Notes: generated by a model from the letters alone, not told the origin. Numbered from the whole stretch's first letter, positions 39,643 to 54,629 are shown. The stretch: 63,196 nt of DNA, filler included, from Welwitschia mirabilis (GCA_051453625.1; 5 parts of one record of this genome joined end to end with filler, not necessarily neighbours in it); one strand, 5' to 3'. Made by a program: numbers and translations.

Positions 39643-40024
39643 TGTCACGTCCTAAAATCCAAATGTTAATAAGGTGACCATGCATTTTTTTAAACAATAA
39701 AAATTATTGTATAATGATAATGTAATCATCAGTTTGAAAAAAATATCATTTCATTTGTAATGAAAAAAAAAAATCTCATTAAGAAGTTAATAAGAACGCT
39801 TCCTAATTAGAATGAAAGTTATAATCACCATCCAACAAATGTGACCCTTGCAAAAGGGTGGTTAATGTTAAAGGAGATTATCTAGTTGAGATAAAGAGCA
39901 TGCATGAAGTTGAATCAGATAGGTTACGTCCTTCATAAGCATCCTTAATCCCCCAATGATTCTGCATAGTGGACCTTGAAAGTAGCACTATCTAGCTAGT
40001 CCATCTAGTTAAACCTTTTGCTTT
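39643..40024 (-). repeat. Probable end of a Tekay/Del-like LTR, running into a gap
   Basis: The minus strand ends GGATTTTAGGACGTGACA, resembling the LTR end at 60447 (GGGTTGTGACA) with a similar A-rich subterminal stretch. No PBS follows. Confidence 0.4.
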
Positions 40025-42455
40025 NNNNNNNNNNNNNNNNNNNNNNNNNNNNNNNNNNNNNNNNNNNNNNNNNNNNNNNNNNNNNNNNNNNNNNNNNNNN
40101 NNNNNNNNNNNNNNNNNNNNNNNNNNNNNNNNNNNNNNNNNNNNNNNNNNNNNNNNNNNNNNNNNNNNNNNNNNNNNNNNNNNNNNNNNNNNNNNNNNNN
40201 NNNNNNNNNNNNNNNNNNNNNNNNNNNNNNNNNNNNNNNNNNNNNNNNNNNNNNNNNNNNNNNNNNNNNNNNNNNNNNNNNNNNNNNNNNNNNNNNNNNN
40301 NNNNNNNNNNNNNNNNNNNNNNNNNNNNNNNNNNNNNNNNNNNNNNNNNNNNNNNNNNNNNNNNNNNNNNNNNNNNNNNNNNNNNNNNNNNNNNNNNNNN
40401 NNNNNNNNNNNNNNNNNNNNNNNNNNNNNNNNNNNNNNNNNNNNNNNNNNNNNNNNNNNNNNNNNNNNNNNNNNNNNNNNNNNNNNNNNNNNNNNNNNNN
40501 NNNNNNNNNNNNNNNNNNNNNNNNNNNNNNNNNNNNNNNNNNNNNNNNNNNNNNNNNNNNNNNNNNNNNNNNNNNNNNNNNNNNNNNNNNNNNNNNNNNN
40601 NNNNNNNNNNNNNNNNNNNNNNNNNNNNNNNNNNNNNNNNNNNNNNNNNNNNNNNNNNNNNNNNNNNNNNNNNNNNNNNNNNNNNNNNNNNNNNNNNNNN
40701 NNNNNNNNNNNNNNNNNNNNNNNNNNNNNNNNNNNNNNNNNNNNNNNNNNNNNNNNNNNNNNNNNNNNNNNNNNNNNNNNNNNNNNNNNNNNNNNNNNNN
40801 NNNNNNNNNNNNNNNNNNNNNNNNNNNNNNNNNNNNNNNNNNNNNNNNNNNNNNNNNNNNNNNNNNNNNNNNNNNNNNNNNNNNNNNNNNNNNNNNNNNN
40901 NNNNNATTTTATATCAATCTTTTAATCACTTTATTTAATTTAACTATCATAGTAAGTTTAAGATGTTAAAACATCACAATCGAAATTAGAGCAAAGATCA
41001 CCCAGTTTGTAAATTTACTTTTAGTTATAAAAAAGGGAAATAAAAAGATAATTTTAGTAAAAAAAAGAAATGATGCAATGCAATAAAATATTCTATGTAA
41101 AATAAAAGTTACACATAGGCATACATAGGGATTTCTCAAGAGAATCACGCATTTCTCACAATTAGAATCCTTATGATATTTGAAAATGTGTGAGTAGGAT
41201 CCACCTAGTAAAGGTTTATTCAGGTTAGGAAGAATTTATCCTTTAATGTTTTTAGGGAGAAGATAATTCATGGTTATAAATTTACTATAGTAATGATTTA
41301 ATAATATTACAATATATTAGATAGATGCCTATAGATGTTCCTTTGACACCTAGTCTTGTGGTTAAAATAGGAAATGTCATCTTTAACTATGATGAGCCTA
41401 TCTAAGACCATATCAAAATGTACTCTGGATGTGTAATATGCACATCCTTCTATGACTGATCTACCAAAATTACCTTCAACTGAATAACGTTATTTTGAAT
41501 GACTTGATTATTCAATAACAGAGAAGTCATCTTCACCTATAAATAAAACAAATTCTTTTTATTTTTAAAGTAAATATTCTTAATATTTGGGTCCTTGCTT
41601 CAACCTTCTCTAGTTATTTCATTTTGTATTGAGCCATGCAATGGACAACTTCTAGCTCTTTAATAATTAATTCAAAGTTTAATAAATGGGATTCCAATGT
41701 AGCATTCATTGGATTAAATGAAGAAAGATTTTTTCACCTTGTAACTTAGAATTATTCTTTAAAGTTTCACCCTTGCTAGTCTTTCCATTAAAACATATCA
41801 TCACATCATCATCGTTGACTACTATAGGTCTAAATAAGGGTCTCTAATATTTTAGCTTATTCAATCCAAGAATAAGTTATTAGGCCTTCAGAATAAGCCC
41901 ATTTAGCAAGGTTTAAAGCCTTTTATTCATACTAGAGATGGAAGTAATAGAGAAGGAGGTAGGTAGTAGTATGAAAGCTAGAGTGGTAGTAGCTCTAGAA
42001 AGATGTAATGTAGTAAATAAAATGGATGAGTAAATCCCCATAGGATTGATAAACCTTTAAGGATCCATAGAAGGCATTGCTAAGAAGTTATTGTCCTATA
42101 AAAAGTCATCAAAGTTAATTATCTCATTAAAGTGATCATCTTCCAATTTAGAAAAACTTGTAATTTCTAGTCTTAATAGAGAAGATAAACCTAGAAAATT
42201 ACTTATTTTCATATGTAAATAAATACCCAAGTATTTATCCACACTTAGCTTCCCTTTCTTTTGAAGAGAAGCTGGGAAAGAAATCCTGTAACAATTCTAT
42301 AATAATAAGTAAAATGCAATCATAAGAAGAAAATAATATTGTAGGTGCATAAGAANNNNNNNNNNNNNNNNNNNNNNNNNNNNNNNNNNNNNNNNNNNNT
42401 TAATTAATTAANNNNNNNNNNNNNNNNNNNNNNNNNNNNNNNNNNNNNNNNNNNN

Positions 42456-42525
<70 letters not shown>
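42456..42525. repeat. (CA)n microsatellite, 35 units visible
   Basis: Perfect CA run at the scaffold edge. Confidence 0.98.
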
Positions 42526-42527
<2 letters not shown>

Positions 42528-44849
42528 TAGAGTCAAGAATTATGTAAAATTTCGTAATCTAAAATTGAATAAGGGAATAAAATGAGGTTGGATAATTTAA
42601 CTCTAATATTCATCCAAATTTGGGCTAGATCAGTAAGTTATAAAATTATTCCTCAATAAACTACAAGTTGTAAGTAACCATTTGATGTTTGAAATTTTTT
42701 GCAGAGAGGCATACCTCTATAACTCAATGAAGATAACTTTCTAAATGAAAAGAGGTTGCTTAAAGATATTTATAAATCTTGATAACTTTATCCTTATGAA
42801 AGTAAAACGTGAAGAGAAAAATCAAAGTGAAAAGAAGGATTAAAGTTAACTAAAGTAAAAATACAAAAGGCATAAGATGGGAAAAAATAATAACTGCCTT
42901 TTAAAGAATAGATAAGAAAGGATGATATGAGGTCAAAAGATTCATCTCATCTCTTTTTCTAAAATAAACAAATGAAATATTTTACTTCTGTTAAAGAATA
43001 ATGAAGTGATCTTCATGAGTCACTAAAGTGATAAATTAAAAACTTAAATTACCCTTAACTATTACTTAATATAATACTTGGGTGTGACCCATTGGACTAT
43101 CGACCTATAGGATGTTATCGTTCTAATCCTAAGTCAATATAAGGTTATTGATTTAATATAAAAAATCATGGTTTTGATTTGAAGTTAATGAAAGATCACC
43201 AACTTAGCAGAGGACATTATGGTTTTAATTCCGAGTTAATAGAAGATCATTGATAGGTGCTTATGTGGTGAATTAATTATAGAAAATATTACAAAATAAT
43301 ATTAAATAATATAAAATAATACATAAAAAGTGCNNNNNNNNNNNNNNNNNNNNNNNNNNNNNNNNNNNNNNNNNNNNNNNNNNNNNNNNNNNNNNNNNNN
43401 NNNNNNNNNNNNNNNNNNNNNNNNNNNNNNNNNNNNNNNNNNNNNNNNNNNNNNNNNNNNNNNNNNNNNNNNNNNNNNNNNNNNNNNNNNNNNNNNNNNN
43501 NNNNNNNNNNNNNNNNNNNNNNNNNNNNNNNNNNNNNNNNNNNNNNNNNNNNNNNNNNNNNNNNNNNNNNNNNNNNNNNNNNNNNNNNNNNNTTTGATTT
43601 GAAGTTAATGAAAGATCACCAACTTAGTAGAGGACATTATGGTTTTAATTCTGAGTTAATAGAAGATCAATGATAGGTGCTTATGTGGTGAATTAATTAT
43701 AGAAAATATCACAAAATAATATTAAATAATATAAAATAATACTAGAAAATTGCAAAAATTATGTTGTTGTTAACCTAAAATAAGTTCACCATTAAATAAA
43801 AATAACCAAAGGCTTACTAAAGGACTAGTTGAGATTCAACCATTGAGTTCAAAATGCATTATCATGATAGTCTCATGATGAAGTTACTTACACTAGTTAG
43901 GTTGGTTTATTACTACTAAGTTACTATGTANNNNNNNNNNGATTCTAGACAATACTTATTTCTAAGTACTGTTAATTATCTTGGTTTATGTTCAGCTACA
44001 CAAATAGTAGCAAATAGAAATAATATTAATTTTTCAAGTAATAGAACATGCACACAATGATATTCAAACATGCTTTTTATATTTATGGTGAAATACTAAT
44101 TATTACATAAAGATGTGCTAAGGATTGTGTTCTTCTTTGTAGGTAACACTTTGAAGTATGGAAAATGCTACTACGCCCTTTGCAGGATAGTTGAAGCTTC
44201 CTTCCTTAACCTTCTTGCTTAGTCTATTCCTAGAAAATTTTGTTAAAAAGATCACCACCTNNNNNNNNNNCCTTCAATGGTGATCCCGTTCTTATACTCT
44301 TTTTGTTGTTTTGTTTCCATTCTTTGCTTCTTAGCAATAGATATATGGCTTGGGTTGTTAGTGTTTTTTTGGCATCTTAACCTTCTCTCTAATCTTCATG
44401 CCACATGGCATCTTATACTTGAAACACAATAATAAAATATACATACTAACCTACTAGTATACCAACTAACTAATCTATTGATCAGTAAGTATACTGATAA
44501 AGGAAAACATTAAATGCATAATTAAGATAATGAAAACACTTCATTGATAAGCAAGATTTATATCCAAATTTATTTTCAATGGTCCTTGCAAGCTCAAGGT
44601 TTTGTTAGTTCCTTAACAAACAAATATTTACACAAGAGAAAAATAGAGAAACTCATTATTTTCCTTTTCTTCTTTTAAAAAAGAGGATGCTCCTCATTGG
44701 ATTTTAATTCCTCCATTTTTCTAGCTAATCAGGCATACTATGTTTCTTGTTCCAAGGCAGCTATACTGGATCTTGATTTCATTTTATTAGCTAATTGATT
44801 AGACTATTTTTCTCATTCCAAGGCAATTAAAATTTTTCTTTATTCCTCT

Positions 44850-47520
44850 CGAAGAGTAGAATCATTCAAATCTATGGTTTCTATTTCTGTCTACTCTGGA
44901 GCTACCTTTCTGCCTTAGCCTCTGCCTTGTGGAGGAGCTTTTGGCTATTTTGGTTCTCCTCTCTTTCTTTTAGGAGTTAAAGGAACTTTTACTTAGATAC
45001 TTTTGGGAACATGCTCTGGCTCTAGAGTTGCCCTAGCTTGTAGTTCCAATTTTGAAGTTTACCCAAAGGGAACTATATACATTTTAGAAGAATATTTATT
45101 CTTTAATTTCAAAAAAATATCCACAAAAGTTCCTCTCATCATAGTCATGTTTTGTATAATATAATCATTAAAAGAACATAACTACTAAAAATCTTAAGAG
45201 GACATGAAAAAAACTTTAACATCAGATTCACACTCTTGTAATATCTTACAAAATTTGATTATAGTGTCATTCAAAAAATTCTTAAATTCTCTTATAGAAC
45301 CTTTAGCTCCTTTCTGAGTAATATCATTTCTTAATTCTTTAATATTTCTTTTATAATTATCATAGATGCTTTTTAAATAATACTTTCTAAATGTTCTTTG
45401 AATCTATTAGTGAATCATATAATTCTGGGGATAATAGTTAAGGCTATGTAGCACAACTAATTCTTCATTCTAGAACTCAATTCATTTACTTAACTTTACT
45501 TTTATAAGATGAAGCTCATGGATCAATCTCATATTTTCTTTTTTCAAATTCTAGATAATACATTGGATAGAGACAGAACTTTTTATTCTAATATCTTTCT
45601 GTAACTTAGAACAAGATTCTTTTATAGCATTAATAATACTTAACTTTATTCTGTCTTCCATCTTCCTAGTTAGAGTTAAAGTAGTTGAGGGGTTGTCCTG
45701 GATCAAACTTATTGCTCTTCTGATTTCCTCCTTTTTTTCTAAAGAAAATTATTTTATTAATGAATCGTATGGAGGTTGACTAGGATAGCTTTCCTCTCCC
45801 ATTCGATTCTTGAGAGCCTTTTTTTTTCTTCCTATTATCTAATCTATGTCTCTCTTATTCACTTCCAAAAGGGACTGATAGTATCCTATAGAGTTCTGGG
45901 CTTTAAGCCATTTATGTCTATATTCTTGGGCCTCTGCATGGATCTTCATGAATTTTTTGTTCATTACCTATAGGTATGCATAGATTTTAGCTGAATATTC
46001 CCTATTAGGGGTAGATGCCATTCATTATGCATAAATGTAATGAATTTTTATTGTTGCTTTATGTATTTAGCATTATACTTCTTACTTACAGCTAAATTCT
46101 CCAATAAGGATACTAACATGTTTGGCCTTTTCCTTGGAAGATTTTCTAATTCTTTTCTTTCTTTAATAGTCATCTCTAGCTCAATAATGTGTTTATAAGC
46201 TATCTGTAATTTTCTGCTCACATCTTTGGAAAATTTAAAGAGCTGAATATTTTCTTCCTTGTTAGTGATCTTACTACGTGGATTTTCATTTTTTTTCTTT
46301 TTCTTAATTCAAACTCTATCTTAAGAATTCATTTTCAGTTTTTAGATTACCAACTTGATTCTCTAATTTTGAAACTTCCTTCTTCTTGCTTAGATGTTTG
46401 AATTTCATCTTTGACTAAGTTCAAAGCACTACAGAGGTTATTCATCTTATCTTCCTCTCGTGCTTTAAAGAATTTGCTAGACTAAAGTGGATGGGAAGGT
46501 AGGAGCTCTTCAAATATGAATTAGGGTAGAACTTGTGATATGCTTAAGGAGGGCAACAATGAAGGGATACTTTAACGGGAAAAGGAGGATTCCCCTGGGT
46601 TTGGCTGAGCAGTCTTGTATNNNNNNNNNNNNNNNNNNNNNNNNNNNNNNNNNNNNNNNNNNNNNNNNNNNNNNNNNNNNNNNNNNNNNNNNNNNNNNNN
46701 NNNNNNNNNNNNNNNNNNNNNNNNNNNNNNNNNNNNNNNNNNNNNNNNNNNNNNNNNNNNNNNNNNNNNNNNNNNNNNNNNNNNNNNCCCTTTTTTTTTT
46801 GCTTTTTGCAATATTTACATTGGTATGATTTGTCTTATCCTTCACTGCTGCTATCATATATAGTCTAGGTAATGTGATACATTTTTGTTTATGAATAATA
46901 GGTACCAAATTACTAGCCATGATTCTTAAAACTATAAAAAATTTTGGTTTTGTGTCTTTATTCACTAGTATTCTTCCCTGTACTACCACCCTTCCTAGCA
47001 AACTCATACTTAGACTTGTGTCTTCCTTTCTACCAGTATCATCAATGGATTTTCCAAGGAATGGAAGATGCAACATTTCTCTGATATCTTCTTGAGTAAT
47101 TATTAATTCTTATTTTTGACTATTGTTTCTAGTACATTTTTAACATCATTTATTCTTAAATTCTTGTAAAATTCATATGTAGATTCTGAGGAAAATTAGT
47201 CACTTAAAGTAAGCCATTCATACCACCCTAATCAACAATCCTCTATTTGAATTCTATTAAGCAGGGATGCTAAAGAACTTATGTAAAATTTAACAAATAA
47301 ATAATCCTAAATTCTATCAAATTTTTTCTACTGTTGAAGTTAGATATGAAAACAAAAATGTGCATTGCAGAGAAATTTTTGTAAGAAACAAACTTTGGAA
47401 AATATCTTGCTTAGTAAAACTTTTCTTTCTAGAAATATAAAACATCATTTTCATAGACTTAAAAGTATTACATTCATTGTATTCATTCATCTCTCCCTCA
47501 ATGTAAAATTTGGCATGCTC
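44850..47520 (-). pseudogene. Decayed retroelement accessory (env-like / putative plant transposon protein) ORF with a long charged, coiled-coil-like C-terminal part; 5' part repeated at ~47880-48625
   Basis: Manual translation gives LGWYEWLTLSD.FSSESTYEFYKNL...ITQEDIREMLHLPFLG...LRIMASNLVPIIHKQKCITLPRLYMIAAV...NVNIA...LKYPFIVALL. This matches the GW..EFY.N..I...L.LP..G..NL.P..IT..YP.LI pattern of SIRE/Athila extra ORFs. Downstream is E/K/L-rich sequence with scattered stops. Boundaries are approximate. Confidence 0.6.
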
Positions 47521-50500
47521 CTAAATGCTTAAATTAAAGTATTAACAATANNNNNNNNNNNNNNNNNNNNNNNNNNNNNNNNNNNNNNNNNNNNNNNNNN
47601 NNNNNNNNNNNNNNNNNNNNNNNNNNNNNNNNNNNNNNNNNNNNNNNNNNNNNNNNNNNNNNNNNNNNNNNNNNNNNNNNNNNNNNNNNNNNNNNNNNNN
47701 NNNNNNNNNNNNNNNNNNNNNTTCTCAGAAGACTAACTCTAAATAGACTCTAAATAGTTACTTTGACAAAATACTTATTTGGTTGAAAAGGGATTTTATT
47801 TTTACTTAATATTTAGGAAATTAAAAAGGGAATCCTAGCCCTACTATGCCCGAAGCTCCAATTCCAACTTTATTTCATTTTATAATATGCCTCGCTAGTC
47901 CTTTTTTTTTTTTTCTTACAATATTTACATTGGTATGATTTGTCTTATCCTTCACTGCTGCTATCATATATAGGTTAGGTAATGTGATACATTTTTGTTT
48001 GTGAATAATAGGTACCAAATTACCAGCCATGATTCTTAAAATTATAAAAAATTTTAGTTTTGTGTCTTTATTCACTAGTATTCTTCCCTATACTACCACC
48101 CAATAGACTTATACTTAGACTTATGTTTTCCTTTCTACTAGTATCATCAATGGATTTTTCAATGAATGAAAGATTCAACATTTCTCTGATAACTTCTTGA
48201 GTAATTATTATTTTCTTATTTTTCACTAGTGTTTCTAGTACATTTTTAACATCATTTATTCTTAAATTCTTGTAAAATTTATATGTAGATTCTGAGAAAA
48301 ATTAGTCACTTAAAGTAAGCCATTCATACCACCCTAATCAACAATCTCTATTTGAATTCTATTAAGCAGGGATCCTAAAGAACTTGTGTAAAATTCAACA
48401 AATAAATAGCCCTACATTCTATCAAATTTTTGCTAGTGTTGAAGTTAGGTATGAAAACAAAAATGTGCATTGCAGAGGAATTTTTGTAAGAAACAAACTT
48501 TGGAAAATAGTCTACTTAGTAAAACTTTTCTTTCTAGAAATATAAAATATCATTTCCATAGATTTAAAAGTATTACATTCATTGTATTCATTCATCTCTC
48601 CCTCAATGTAAAATTTGGCATGCTCTTGAATGCTTAAATTAAAGTATTAACAATACCTAATATTTTTACTCAAAGAAATTCCACCATTTCTCAAGAGATT
48701 AAATAAAAGAAAGCACTTAAGCATGATAAGGTAAAATGTAGGGGTGAAAGTAGCAATTGCTAACCTATTTCTCACTTAAATAAGCAAAAACTTATTCTTA
48801 CTGTAGTATTTAATTCACACGTATGAGTAGTGAATGAGAAATGCTACTAGAAATAAAATAGATGCAACTGAAATGTTTTGTACTTTTTTGATGCTGGAAA
48901 AAGTTGAATTATATGTTGGTAAGGTATAAATCAGAAAAATTTGCTAAGTTGAAATTAATGTCACGAATGCTGATATGATTAAGACAACATGGAACTGACA
49001 TTATGATGGAGGTCATTGAGAAAAAGAAGGGGTTGTCAAAAATGAATTTAAGTGGAATGCTAAAGAAATAAAAAGGCATATTTAAGTGATGTCCACTCTC
49101 CACAACACTAGGTTTAGCTGTTGAATCCATTATGGAGCCAGTCGAAATAGTTCAAAAATGGTCATCGAGAAATCTTTGAGTTTTTAATGAGGTCCTTCAA
49201 ATTCTAACTACCATCATTATGAAAGCATGTAATAATAAAAAAGCATAGTCACATGGCAGAGGTATAGTGGAAAGTTAAGGGGGCCATCAAGAATAAGACT
49301 TTCCTCTTCCAGAAGGAAAGTTTAAAGAGGCAAAGTTAACTTGAAATCTGACCCAAAGCTTTGGCTTTAGACTGTTATCAGTCAACTTTTGGAACTTGCA
49401 TGCTAGTGGTCTAGCTTAAAATACAACTTAAAGTTATGACTTCAGATTATTATCAGTCGAGTAGGTGATCTTTTGTTTTACTTATAGGATGAAGTAGTAA
49501 TTAGGTTGGCTCAAAATCCAACTCAAAGTTTCAACTTCAAGTTAGTATGAGTCAGTCACATGATCTTGTTTGATTGCAGGGTTTTAGAGCATAGTAAGAT
49601 GAACGAGTTAGCATGAGATCCGGTTTAAAGTTTTAAATTTAAGTTAGTGTCAGCGAAAAAAATTCAAATTTTTATCTCAATGATTTGATTTAAAATCTAA
49701 CTCAAAGTTTTAGCTTTGGGTTGGTGTTAATCAACCATGTAATCTTTGGTTCAAAGTCCTACTTCATGATGATATTTCATTGGGAAAAAACATTGATAAC
49801 TTTCATTTCTTATTCTTCCTTAAATAAAAATTAAAAAAATATGTTCTGAGTTATTAGGTATGGTCTAAAATGTCTTCTTTTGATCAAAAACTAATTGTAA
49901 GGTTNNNNNNNNNNNNNNNNNNNNNNNNNNNNNNNNNNNNNNNNNNNNNNNNNNNNNNNNNNNNNNNNNNNNNNNNNNNNNNNNNNNNNNNNNNNNNNNN
50001 NNNNAATGCTTAAATTAAAGTATTAACAATACCTAATATTTTTACTCAAAGAAATTCCACCATTTCTCAAGAGATTAAATACAAGAAAGAACTTAAGCAC
50101 GATAAGGTAAAATGCAAGGATGAAAGTAGAAATTACTAACCTATTTCTTGCTTAAATAAGTAAAACTCATTCTTACTGTAGTATTTAATTCACACGTATA
50201 AGGAGTAAATGAGAAATGCTACCAGAAATAAAATAGATGCAATTAAAATTTTTTGTACTTTTTTGATGCTAGAAAAATTTGAATTATATGTTGGTAAGGT
50301 ATGAATCAAAAAAATTTGCTAAGTTGAAATTGATGTCACGAATGCTAACATGATTGAGACAACATGGAACTGACATTATGATGGGGGTCATTGAGAACAA
50401 ATAGGGGTTGTCAAAAATGAGTTTAAGTGGAATGATAAAGAAATGAAAAAGCATATTTAAGTGATGGACACTCTCTGCAACACTAGGTTTAGCTGTTGAA

Positions 50501-53500
50501 TCCATTATGGAGCTAGTCGAAATAGTTTGAAAATGGTAATTGAGAAATCTTTGAGTTTTCAATAAGATCCTTCAAATTCTAACTACCATCATTATGAAAG
50601 CACGTAATAATGAAAAAGCATAGCCACATGACAGAGGTATAGTGGAAAGTTGAGGGAGGCCGTCAAAAACAAGACTTTCCTCTTCCAGAAGTAAAGTTTG
50701 AAGAGGCAAAGTTAACTTGAAATCTGATCCAAAGCTTTGGCTTTAGACTAGTATCAGTTAATTTTTGGAACTTGCCTGCTAGTGGTCTAGCTTAAAATAC
50801 AACTTAAAGTTATGACTTTGGATTATTATCAGTTGAGTAGGTGATCTTTTGTTTTACTTACAGGATGAAGTAATAATTAGGTTGGCTCAAAATCCAACTC
50901 AAAGTTTCAACTTCAAGTTAGTATCAGTCAGTCACATAATCTTGTTTGATTGCGGGGTTTTAGAGCACAATAAGATGAACGAGTTAACATGAGATCCGGT
51001 TTAAAATTTTGAATTTAAGTTAGTGTCAGCCAAAAGAATTCAAATTCTTATCTCAATGGTNNNNNNNNNNGATTTAAAATCTAACTCAAAGTTTTAGCTT
51101 TGGATTGGTGTTAATCAACCATGTAATATTTGGTTCAAAGTCCTACTTCATGATGATACTTCATTGGGAAAAAAACATTGATAGCTTTCATTTCTTATTC
51201 TTCCTTAAAGAAAAATTAAAAAACATATGTTCTGAGTTATTAGGTATGGTCTAAAATATCTTCTTTTGATCAAAAAGTAATTATAAGGTTTTAATTAATT
51301 ACTTGGTAATGTAGTTTATGTTGAGAAAAAGTGGTGGGCCCTACAATGGCATGAAGCTTAATAAATCTAAACTGATCAAAAATTAATTTGAAGTTCTGAC
51401 TTCAAACTAAACCTTAGTTAGTTTGGGTTTCCTCAATTCTAAACTTGCTCTAGGATTGACGTTAACAATTGACACACTTTAGCTATTGGCAAATAGGTAT
51501 ACCACTTTTACACAACTTTTTACTTAAAGATTGAACATGTGTGTCCTAGGTGAATTAGTATGAATTACACTTGTGAAACATGATAGTAAGACTTTATGCT
51601 ATAGATCTCAAGCCTTACATGGTAATCATCCATCATTTTTCATTCTAACTTTAGAATTTCTTCACTTAATAATATTCCAATCCTTATCATCTTTTCTCTA
51701 TTAATCCTCATGGCTTGAACTCCTTCTTCTCTTGTTGTTGCCTGTGGTATTAGGAAGGTGAAACATTATTTGTTTAACTTGAGTTCCACACAGATAGATA
51801 TGTGCATTAGTAGTGTAGACCACTAGTCATCTCAAGTCTTTGTTAGATCTAAAAATATGATATAATAGTTCTCGTAATGTGATTACAAATCAACTACTAA
51901 GGTTTTAGATACTTTAGATTCCTTCATCACTAAGGTTGACAAGGATCGTTTTGGAAGAGTATCATTCCCCTCCAAGTTTTAGTCCCATGATCCATCACTT
52001 GGTGGGTGAGTATCTAAGGGTGAGAACTAAAAAACTTCATCAGAAACTCAATTATGGGAATTCGGCTTGTGAGGTTTCTTTGGGCTAGCTAGCTAGGAAG
52101 ATGCAAGTGCTAAAGAAAAGGGTTGATTAGCTTTAAGGTATAAACCCTATCCTTAGTCTTGTTGCATTGAGTATTGATAAGAAAAATATAAAGAAGATAA
52201 TATGAGATGCTAAACCTTATCAAAACTTTTGGTGAACCCATTGAAAGAAGATTAATTTACTGTCTAGATCCCTAAGTGAGATGCATCTAGTGCTCCTAGG
52301 TGAGAATTCTATAGGATCATCCTTTAAGACTAGGCATTCTTACAAGAGGAACAAGTTTTCTGGCCCCTTCAAGAATTGAGTTACTTTAGTTGAGGATTTA
52401 TTTGCTTAGTAATTTGAGAAATGTTTTTGCTATTATTCTTGCAACTGGATGTAATAAACTATTTTACTTAATAATTTTTTTTAAATTTCAAATAAGGTTG
52501 TCTTATGCTATTTTTATTTTATTATGGGCATATCAATTCCATTAAAAAAATTTAAACTAAATAATTTGTTAAATTGTTAAGATAATATAAAATGATTTTA
52601 AAAATTCAAAGCTTTTCCTTAGCTCAAACAGAATTTAATGATTGTGCATGCTGTTGAATTGAAAACATTTAGATACATATTTCATCACAGACTAAAACAT
52701 TTTTTTTTTGGTTTCTTTTCTTTTTTGATTTCCTTTTTTTTATAGGTTATAATAGAGTTATAGATCTGATAACTAGCTGTGTCTCAGATGACTCCTGNNN
52801 NNNNNNNNNNNNNNNNNNNNNNNNNNNNNNNNNNNNNNNNNNNNNNNNNNNNNNNNNNNNNNNNNNNNNNNNNNNNNNNNNNNNNNNNNNNNNNNNNATA
52901 AAATAAAATGATTTTAAAAATTCAAAGCTTTTCCTTAGCTCAAACAGAATTTAATGATTGTGCATGCTATTGACTTGAAAACATTTGGATACATATTTCA
53001 TCATAGACTAAAACATTTTTTTTTGGTTTCTTTTCTTTTTTGATTCCCTTTTTTTTATAGGTTATAATAGAGTTATAGGTTTGATAACTAGTTGTATCTT
53101 AGATGACTCCTGGTGTATAACTGTCTTTAAATTTTTATTTTTNNNNNNNNNNNNNNNNNNNNNNNNNNNNNNNNNNNNNNNNNNNNNNNNNNNNNNNNNN
53201 NNNNNNNNNNNNNNNNNNNNNNNNNNNNNNNNNNNNNNNNNNNNNNNNNNNNNNNNNNNNNNNNNNNNNNNNNNNNNNNNNNNNNNNNNNNNNNNNNNNN
53301 NNNNNNNNNNNNNNNNNNNNNNNNNNNNNNNNNNNNNNNNNNNNNNNNNNNNNNNNNNNNNNNNNNNNNNNNNNNNNNATGCACAATTCCTTGTTAAAAA
53401 CTTACCAGGCCAGCTTCTTGCTTTATAATTATTACATTTACTTTAAACAATCTAGTAAATTGGTAGCTGAATAAGCTTTAAAGAAATGACATGTCCTTTA

Positions 53501-54133
53501 TTATCTAATCTTAGAATTTATTTTATAGTCAGATATCATATCAGGTTTTCCTAAATAATTTAGCACTGATTTATGATTATAGCACATTCTTATTTTTTAC
53601 CCATTAACTTGGTAGGTTACNNNNNNNNNNNNNNNNNNNNNNNNNNNNNNNNNNNNNNNNNNNNNNNNNNNNNNNNNNNNNNNNNNNNNNNNNNNNNNNN
53701 NNNNNNNNNNNNNNNNNNNNTGTTAAAGACTTACCAGGTCAGCTTCTTGCTTTATAATTATTACATTTACTTTAAACAATCTAGTAAATTGGTAGTCTGA
53801 ATAAGCTTTAAAGAAATGACATGTACTTTATTATCTAATCTTGGAATTTATTTTATAAGAAGATATTATATCAGGTTTTCCTCAATAATTTAGCACTGAT
53901 TTATGATTATAGCAAATTCTTATTTTTTACCCATTAACTTGGTGGGTTAATTTTTCAGCAGGCTCGTATATTTTTATAACTCCATTTCCTAGAACTTTTG
54001 TTATGGTAGAGTGTCTTAACTAGGTTTATTCATNNNNNNNNNNNNNNNNNNNNNNNNNNNNNNNNNNNNNNNNNNNNTTAATTAATTAANNNNNNNNNNN
54101 NNNNNNNNNNNNNNNNNNNNNNNNNNNNNNNNN

Positions 54134-54629
54134 GTTATTTTTTAGGATGTTATAATTATTGTTTTGGTTACAACCTATAGAAAATTCATTTAATCTACAA
54201 CATAAAATATCTGATATGGAAATAAATTTTAAATGAAAATGAAAAAACTAAATAAAACTATAAAAAGGACTAGTCTAGGTATCAATGAAAATGGGCTAGT
54301 GCCCATCACTAAAAAAAAAATAAAATAGCACTTAAAACAAAGAAAAAAGGACTATTTCAAGTATCACTAGAAGAGGACTAGTACCAATCACTATAAAACT
54401 AAAAACTAACTACAAATATTATAAGAAAGAAAAATTATGCACTTTTGACAACCTACCATATCAATATCCCTAATAATGATGCCAAAATATATCGTGTATA
54501 GTATAATAAGCCAAAGTAAACTAGGTGAGGATCTATTANNNNNNNNNNNNNNNNNNNNNNNNNNNNNNNNNNNNNNNNNNNNNNNNNNNNNNNNNNNNNN
54601 NNNNNNNNNNNNNNNNNNNNNNNNNNNNN

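Noticed and set aside
48909-50562. Apparently conserved ORF pair MDSTAKPSV... (48909-49130 and 50284-50562)
   Set aside because: The similarity is explained by the gap-flanking duplication, and no domain was recognised.
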